Assembly (NCBI GenBank): GCA_048939245.1
Contig: JBHLPR010000049.1
Span: 1 to 17,365, forward strand
From: Promethearchaeota archaeon
GTDB lineage: Archaea > Asgardarchaeota > Hermodarchaeia > Hermodarchaeales > Hermodarchaeaceae
DNA length: 17,365 nt
Direction of reading: 5' to 3'
Part shown: in pieces, positions 7,652-13,861 of the stretch
Numbering within the stretch: position 1 is the first letter of the stretch
Layout of the letters: each line of letters opens with the position of its first letter
Notes under the pieces: model-generated
What the model was told of the DNA's origin: nothing
The model's input: the letters and a program-made list of their open reading frames with translations, nothing else
Databases searched by the model: none
Translations under genes and position numbers: made by a program

Positions 7652-8500
7652 ATGACAGAATTTCTCAACGTATCCGTCCAGAACGGTCAACTCGTCCCTC
7701 TGGGATATGAGAATATCGCCACAGCTATTGATGAGGTGAAATTTGAGGGGAACAATGGCCGTCTTACAGTCTCTGATGTCCGTCTGGTGTGGTATAAGGT
7801 CGAGAAAAAGAAAGGCGGAGGATTATTTGGTGGCTTTGCCAAAGCGCTTGCAGTCGGTGTAGCGGGATCCGTTGCAGCCGATGCTGCTCGTCGCCATGGA
7901 GGGTTTGCAGGTCGAGCGCTTAGTCGAGGGATTCGACATGCAACACACGCTACCGCTACGGCAATTGTGATTGACTCCCTATCCAGTAACGATATGGTTG
8001 CCAGAGGACAAGGGGGAGATGCGGAGTCTTTAGCAATTCCGCTGATGGTTATTGATAACATCGACAGCCCACAGAAGAAACTAGTCATCACTTTGACCAG
8101 CGGAGAAGATATCGAATTTGAAGGAAAAAAGCCCCAAATGTTCGCGGTCATAGAAGCTCAAATTGAAGCCGCGAAAACCAAGAACAAATGCCCCTTCTGT
8201 GGAACCCATGTACCTTCTGCGGAAACCCACTGCCCCCATTGTGCAGCCCCAGTTAAGAGTGGAGCTTCAGGTCCCTCTACACCTTCTACTCCAGTTGCTG
8301 GACCAACCATGATGCCCGGTGGAATGCCAGCCATACCTCAAGTTCAATGTCCACATTGCAAAAACACGGTACCAATTAGTGAACGATGTAACCAATGTGG
8401 AAAACCACTCATTGTTCATTGTTCCAAGTGTGATACAGACTATCCCCTTTTTATGTTCCAAGGCAGCTTCTGCCCAAAATGTGGAAACAAAATCAGATAA
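7652..8500 (+). CDS. PH-fold (GRAM/GLUE-like) domain with Gly/Ala-rich insertion plus three zinc ribbons
   Basis: GRLTVSDVRLVW ... SLAIPLMVIDNI ... KLVITL..GEDIEF plus a terminal helix gives a PH-like pattern. Six CxxC motifs (CPFC/CPHC, CPHC/CNQC, CSKC/CPKC) with a Pro-rich linker. ggag/gagg upstream. Confidence 0.8.
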   Translation: MTEFLNVSVQNGQLVPLGYENIATAIDEVKFEGNNGRLTVSDVRLVWYKVEKKKGGGLFGGFAKALAVGVAGSVAADAARRHGGFAGRALSRGIRHATHATATAIVIDSLSSNDMVARGQGGDAESLAIPLMVIDNIDSPQKKLVITLTSGEDIEFEGKKPQMFAVIEAQIEAAKTKNKCPFCGTHVPSAETHCPHCAAPVKSGASGPSTPSTPVAGPTMMPGGMPAIPQVQCPHCKNTVPISERCNQCGKPLIVHCSKCDTDYPLFMFQGSFCPKCGNKIR

Positions 8501-8773
8501 GCAACCGACCCATACAAGTAGATTCTCCAGATGGTGAATTGATTTTCGATATGCCATCTAGACTTGGAATACGCATCCTAAGATGACGATTCCAGTCGCA
8601 TGGAATCGAAGGAGTCGATATTAAATCTGGAAAGCAAATTTATTTGTCTTGGTGGAGTGGGTATGACTTGTTGTGAACTATCCACAGAGACTGAGCATTT
8701 TTATTCGCTAAGGTAACCCCAACATGATACTCTTCTAGGTTTAGAAAGTCTTAAAAGAACCCATTGAAAAGAC

Positions 8774-9325
8774 TTGGCTGAGGTATGGTTTTTGCAGAGT
8801 AACAGGAGTCAAAAGGCTGACATAACGTGGTTAGATAAAGCGCGGAATCGCTCAATCGTGGTGACCCTGACCATTTGGATGGCGTTGGGAGCCCTTGTGG
8901 GTCGTACATGGTTCCTTGCAATACAGTATCTTCCAGTGTATGGGCCTCCTCCTGAGGTTCTGGTGGCCGTAGAGTTCTTTCGCGCCTTTCGGATAGGTTA
9001 CGGTTGGTTCTTCGTCGCTGTCTGCACGAGTCTTGTCATTCTCCTTCAGGTCTTTATGACGCGGGCTCAATTGCGGCATATCGGGACGACCACCGCAGGG
9101 AATAACAGCCTCCTGCTAGCTATTGTCATCGGAGGGATAATCCGAGTAATGTGGTATCCCATGGTGGATGGATACATGGTCATTATCCTGCCTTATTTCC
9201 TGTTACTCCTTGTGGGGCTGGGGCTTCCAGGATTCCTACTTACCTATCTTCTCTATGGGCGGTGGGAAACCCAACATCAGAGGATGCTGACATTGGTGGG
9301 CTGGCGTCTTCAAGTCAGCAAATGA
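8774..9325 (+). CDS. hypothetical 4-TM membrane protein
   Basis: 183-aa ORF with four hydrophobic segments and a charged C-terminal tail. TTG start is uncertain. Visibly more GC-rich than its neighbours (52-57% in two 60-nt lines counted). Confidence 0.7.
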   Translation: MAEVWFLQSNRSQKADITWLDKARNRSIVVTLTIWMALGALVGRTWFLAIQYLPVYGPPPEVLVAVEFFRAFRIGYGWFFVAVCTSLVILLQVFMTRAQLRHIGTTTAGNNSLLLAIVIGGIIRVMWYPMVDGYMVIILPYFLLLLVGLGLPGFLLTYLLYGRWETQHQRMLTLVGWRLQVSK

Positions 9326-9433
9326 AAAGGTAATTGTTTAACTGCACACCTAGCTGATGCCAACGACTAGTCGATTTGTGTCCACTATACCACAATAGTT
9401 CCAGCAAATTTATAGGATCGAATCTCATTTTAG

Positions 9434-9456
9434 GCATTTCTTGAAATGCTTATATC
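9434..9456 (+). promoter_or_regulatory. palindromic operator-like site abutting a TATA-like box
   Basis: gcatttc-tt-gaaatgc (9434-9449) is a perfect 7-bp dyad that runs directly into ttatatc. Confidence 0.5.
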
Positions 9457-9476
9457 ATATAGCTGCAAAGGATAGA

Positions 9477-9525
9477 ACGTGGAATAGTCAAGACAAATCT
9501 TTGTTCGAATCCACTATTTCCACGT
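9477..9525 (+). other. 5'-leader stem-loop of the protease gene
   Basis: acgtggaatagt (9477-9488) pairs with actatttccacgt (9513-9525) with one bulged nt. Inner acaa-atct-ttgt hairpin. Confidence 0.55.
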
Positions 9526-9548
9526 ATGGGATGGTTTGAAATGAAAAG

Positions 9549-11162
9549 TTGTATGCAATCGTAATCGTCTTAGTTTTAGGACTTTCGCTGGTTTTTGGTT
9601 TTACTAGACCAAACCTTGCTTACGGTGCTGACTTGAACATAGAGACTCCAAAAGAATCTAGTCATTTTTACTCTAAACCTGATAAGCACTCTTCAGAAAT
9701 TGTAGAACAAGAGCAATATTGGTGGGATCGATGGGAATCCAGTAATTGGGTATCAAACACTTCTTCTAGCAGCTTTGTCAATGCAACAGGGCTACTGCCA
9801 CCCATAAATGAGAGTCTCCATTCGAAAAATTGCCATCCTCTCTCCATTGACAATAACTCCACTGAAGGAGTCGATGAGCTAGCACTTCTTGGTGACCATG
9901 GAGGCACGTCAGGTCAACCTGCTGATCGCTGGAATCCAGCGCTACCAAAGTTCCCCAACTTTGAGGGCCACTGGTTTCCCAAACAGTCTCACAGCATACT
10001 CTATTTCCAGTGTGCTTTTGGATGGACTGGCAATCAACGACTAGATATTGTAATTGAGCAAGACCAGGATAGCTACTCACGTTATTTTTATGTTCGTTGT
10101 GATGGGGTGCTTGTCCATTCGTCTGTGATTGGTTCAAGTGGATTCAATGGACATGTCCTATTTTACACGACCCTTGGTTCCCATCGCATTGAACTTGAAA
10201 TTTACTATGGAGGATATAAAAATCATGGGTGGAAACTTGTTTACTTCTGGCCATATACACTATCTGGCGGTCGTGCTGGAAATGTTGAGGGAGAGTACTT
10301 CCCAAAGATATATCGGTCCACGCTCCAGTACTGGGTCGAGTGTGGAGATGATACTATTCTCAACCTAGATATCCAACGAATAAATGACCGTTATACTCGG
10401 TTTTTGAGCATTTATCTCGATGGCAATACTGTGGTTTCCGAAAGAGTTGTTTCAGGCAGTCATCAATTTGAGTTCAACATAGGTGATTATGCTAATCCTC
10501 CAGACCCTGGAGATCCTATTGGTGATCCAACGATGCATGAACTCAAACTTCAGATACGCAGTGGCAGTTATTGTGAATATGGCTGGCGGGTTAATCTCTG
10601 TGCCATACACTATGAATCGGTCTTTGTTGAAGTGGATTGGATGAAGGCAGGAAATGGATGTACAGGGCATGAACCACCTGCGTCAGTCGTTGAATATGTG
10701 GAGGCGTATTATAAGGTTCATGGCTATGAACGTGTTGACTTCCAAATTAACAGTACAGGTAACCCTCATGAAGAGATGGTTGAACCAGACACTTTCCTGA
10801 ACACCTATATCCCAACTTTCTTTGATCATATCAATGACAGCGAAAACTGGCGTTATGTGGTCTTCGGTCATTATGGGCCTCCAGGTTATTATGGCTATAT
10901 CCACCCAGATGATACTGATTGTGCTTTTCTCGCTGATGAATATTTAGACACTGAAGAGAAACGAAGAACCACACTTATGCACGAGTTTGGACACACTCTT
11001 GGTATTATAGAACTTGATGTATATGGTGGGGAATATTACTGCGCCAATTGGGCCTGTTGTATGGCGGAGGCATCTCCACACAATATGGTTTTAGAGCCCT
11101 GGTACTGTGGTGTTCATTGGGCAACACGTACGGATCCACTCTGGAAATATTGGGGAACATGA
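9549..11162 (+). CDS. secreted zinc metalloprotease-like protein: signal peptide, two tandem beta-rich repeats, metzincin-like catalytic domain
   Basis: Hydrophobic N-terminus, repeats at about 9957-10256 and 10281-10613, then VFVEVDWM..GH, TTLMHEFGHTLG and CANWACCM (Cys-flanked Met-turn). The true start may be the out-of-frame ATG at 9541. Confidence 0.85.
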   Translation: MYAIVIVLVLGLSLVFGFTRPNLAYGADLNIETPKESSHFYSKPDKHSSEIVEQEQYWWDRWESSNWVSNTSSSSFVNATGLLPPINESLHSKNCHPLSIDNNSTEGVDELALLGDHGGTSGQPADRWNPALPKFPNFEGHWFPKQSHSILYFQCAFGWTGNQRLDIVIEQDQDSYSRYFYVRCDGVLVHSSVIGSSGFNGHVLFYTTLGSHRIELEIYYGGYKNHGWKLVYFWPYTLSGGRAGNVEGEYFPKIYRSTLQYWVECGDDTILNLDIQRINDRYTRFLSIYLDGNTVVSERVVSGSHQFEFNIGDYANPPDPGDPIGDPTMHELKLQIRSGSYCEYGWRVNLCAIHYESVFVEVDWMKAGNGCTGHEPPASVVEYVEAYYKVHGYERVDFQINSTGNPHEEMVEPDTFLNTYIPTFFDHINDSENWRYVVFGHYGPPGYYGYIHPDDTDCAFLADEYLDTEEKRRTTLMHEFGHTLGIIELDVYGGEYYCANWACCMAEASPHNMVLEPWYCGVHWATRTDPLWKYWGT

Positions 11163-11164
11163 TA

Positions 11165-11356
11165 ATGCTTGCCATCTATCAGATAATTGCAAAACGGGAT
11201 TAATGTATAAAGTGAATACTCTCTCCCTAAAGGCTTCAATAAGTTCTATTGGCTTCAGTGATTCAAGTTGGTCAAAAGTTACATCTGCGGAAAAATGTAG
11301 TTTGTTGTTCTTTCGAACCAAGAGATTAGTATAATTCGGCTTTCTATAAATCCCAT
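11165..11356 (-). pseudogene. 5' fragment of a hypothetical protein gene, frameshifted and truncated
   Basis: SD gaggt lies just upstream of ATG 11356. Adding one base after ATG GG gives a protein-like MGIYRKPNYTNLLVRKNNKLHFSADVTFDQLESLKPIELIEAFRERVFTLYINPVLQLSDRWQA, which then runs into the 3' end of the convergent protease gene. Confidence 0.4.
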
Positions 11357-11504
11357 GCCTACCTCGCCTTTTAGTTCGGTGAAAGTAATCGAAGACTTAT
11401 TTGATTAACAATAATTTCTCTCACATTGGAATTATCATAAACTCAACGGGATTCATGATTAGATAGCCTATTTCATGTGAGTCTAGAAATAATTGTATTT
11501 TACC

Positions 11505-11811
11505 ATGTCCCAGCACAATCTTCTATCTTCCTCGAAGCCGGGATAAAATAAGCTTAACTCATGCTTTTTTAACAACACTTGAACGGCTCATACCAGAGAC
11601 CAGTCATAATTTACATTAAACAAATGGTGTATCAAGTTTACATGACTTCAACCAGCCATGTTCAATTCAAATCGAGCCGAGCCTTAAAGATGGAACCATT
11701 TTAGATGGCATTATTGAATTCTTTACAGTAGTGGTTTGCTTCGAAAATAGAGTAGGGATGTTGGATGAAGCTGCTCAAATAGGAGGATATTATCACATTC
11801 ACTCGTATTAG
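11505..11811 (+). pseudogene. decayed PD-(D/E)XK nuclease-like gene
   Basis: MSQHNLLSSSKPG*NKL, frameshift, THAFLTTLERLIPE...*...IQIEPSLKDGTILDGIIEFFTVVVCFENRVGMLDEAAQIGGY. This resembles the EN.LT.A...L ... D..I......iEnK ... Ql..Y layout. Confidence 0.45.
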
Positions 11812-12309
11812 AGAAAGTCTATTTGTTCTTGATTAAAAAATATAGATACCCACACGGTGTGCCTGCAGGCAGCTTAGGAAAATATTTACCCCTTTGTCAA
11901 ACTTCTGGTGTATGCCAATTTACTGACTCGAAAGTGTCATAATGCCCTATTCCAGATAAGATGATAAACGTTGATTTTGTACAAAATCTTGCATAATAAG
12001 CCCCAAAACTGTCACAATGACACTATTTCTACTATTTCAAGCTTCAACGAGATGCTAATTAGTTGTTACTTCCTCTAAACACGTCGGTTGTCCTGACAAG
12101 CTCGCAACGGATTCAAGGGACAATCGTTACAGAAAGCGAGCTTATAATATTCTCCTTCTAAACTGCTGCAATCAATAGAAAAGCTGCTCCGTTTTCTCCA
12201 TTTGTTTTAACAAAGGGACATCGCAGAGATAGGTCGTGGATTCAGTTATATTTAGGCAATCCTGCTTGACAAGTGTATCCGAAAAACAGACTAAAATATT
12301 GATAATAAA

Positions 12310-13266
12310 TCACTGTTTCTGTCTTCGCCTTCGAAAGAGAAGATAAATCGTCGTAAAGAGCACAGCTACACTGATACCGGTGAAAGTCCAAATACAAGGC
12401 TCCACGGGTGCAGCTGGTGATGCGTCGATAAGCCAACAGGATATTTTTTGCAGTAGATTCCACTCGGAATCAGTATCATTTAGATAATCATAATTCGTTA
12501 CTCCATCCCGATCATCGCCCTCTTCAAATTCAGGATGGGGGCTAGATAGGAATGCCGTACCTGCACCATAACGGAGGGCGATCATAGCTGGTAACTCACT
12601 GTTTGCATAGAACATAATTGGGAGTATACTTAATCTAGCACTCCAATTGAAATAAGAAGAACCAATTGCAAATAACCAATAGGAATCTGGTTCGGCGTAA
12701 AGTTGTGGTCCTGTGGATTCGTGATTTACTATCAGTTCCGAGAGATATTTCTCGCTTACACCATCATGGTGATGTTCATCATAGCACACAACGCCTTGAG
12801 CGCCACAAAGATGCAACGACACATCCGCTAACCTTAAATTATTTACAACAAACTCGGTTCCACGACAAATACTCAAGATTGATCCACCTAAAGCTACAAA
12901 GTGCCGAATCCGCTCTATACCTAGAGGGGTGAGCTCTCGATAATACGCATTGGGATTAGCTGCAGGAAAGATAACAAGATCGAATTGGAACAATTTCCCG
13001 TTTTGAACATCCAGTCCATCAATTACTTCTACCGAGGCATTCATCCACTCATACATGTATTGCAGAGCTATAGCGCTGCCATTATTATTACTTTGACGCC
13101 CGTGAAATCCTATGATTGCAACTCGTACATTAACCAAGTCTGACCTTGTTTGAACAATCGTAGCATCAAGCTCAACGGTTGGAGCAAATATCATTAAACA
13201 ACTTAAAAGACTGATAAAAAGAGAGAGACCCAGCCAATTCCACTGAGTTAGATGAGAGGAATTCAT
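12310..13266 (-). CDS. exported, membrane-anchored BPL_N-domain (class I glutamine amidotransferase-like) protein
   Basis: FDLVIFP..N...Y...L...G...IR.FV..GG..L.IC.G and YGAGTAFLSSPHPE. N-terminal signal or TM helix, C-terminal TM plus RRRRQK. SD aggtgag. Confidence 0.85.
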   Translation of the reverse strand: MNSSHLTQWNWLGLSLFISLLSCLMIFAPTVELDATIVQTRSDLVNVRVAIIGFHGRQSNNNGSAIALQYMYEWMNASVEVIDGLDVQNGKLFQFDLVIFPAANPNAYYRELTPLGIERIRHFVALGGSILSICRGTEFVVNNLRLADVSLHLCGAQGVVCYDEHHHDGVSEKYLSELIVNHESTGPQLYAEPDSYWLFAIGSSYFNWSARLSILPIMFYANSELPAMIALRYGAGTAFLSSPHPEFEEGDDRDGVTNYDYLNDTDSEWNLLQKISCWLIDASPAAPVEPCIWTFTGISVAVLFTTIYLLFRRRRQKQ

Positions 13267-13321
13267 TGATTCTCACCTTGGTAAAGAGGAGTTAAGACCT
13301 GTTTTTTCCCTGTAAATACTT

Positions 13322-13701
13322 TTAGAATTCGGAATAAAAAGCACATTTGCGATGGCGAAGAATAAAGACGCCAACCACTATGATTACTTCGACGACACCG
13401 CCATTAAGAATTAATGTGACCACACCTAATCCAAGTTGATAATTAGGTGATGCATCAACAAGCTAGCGAGAAACCTTACAAAGTAGATTCCATTCCGAAT
13501 CTGAATCAGTGAGCTTCTCATATAGCGGTTATGGATCAAATTGGTCTGTGACAGCTCACCACGACCACAGCGCTCCTCATATTCAGCATGTGGACTTGAC
13601 AGAAACACTGTTCCTTGGTCATAGTGAAACGTCACCATACCTGGGAATCCTGTATCAGCAAACACCAGGATAGAATTCAATCCAGACTAGTTAAAGGCCA
13701 T
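13322..13701 (-). pseudogene. decayed tandem paralog of the BPL_N gene (3' third only)
   Basis: AFN*SGLNSILVFADTGFPGMVTFHYDQGTVFLSSPHAEYEE, frameshift, LTDSDSEWNLLCKVSR*LVDASP, then a TM and RHRK tail ending at TAA 13322-13324. Aligns by eye with FNWS...LSSPHPEFEE...DTDSEWNLLQKISCWLIDASP of the intact neighbour. Confidence 0.85.
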
Positions 13702-13861
13702 CTTGGAGAATTCAATGAATTCAGATCCAGGTGTTTTAACCCGATATCTTTTTTATAGCGTTTGCTTTAATCAGCGGTAAGCAGTTGGCGATTTATATCT
13801 TCCAGCGGGAATCGTCAAACTACAGCTTTAGAAAAATCGAACTATAGTGAGATTTGAAAAG

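Noticed and set aside
9477-9526. tRNA or tRNA fragment (gttcgaatcc with a 7-bp terminal stem)
   Set aside because: Only ~50 nt, the T-stem does not pair, and there are no D or anticodon arms. Kept only as a leader hairpin.
11820-12300. Possible GNAT-like relic on the minus strand (LLIAAV*KENIISSLSVTIVP*)
   Set aside because: Too short and too interrupted to support a family call.
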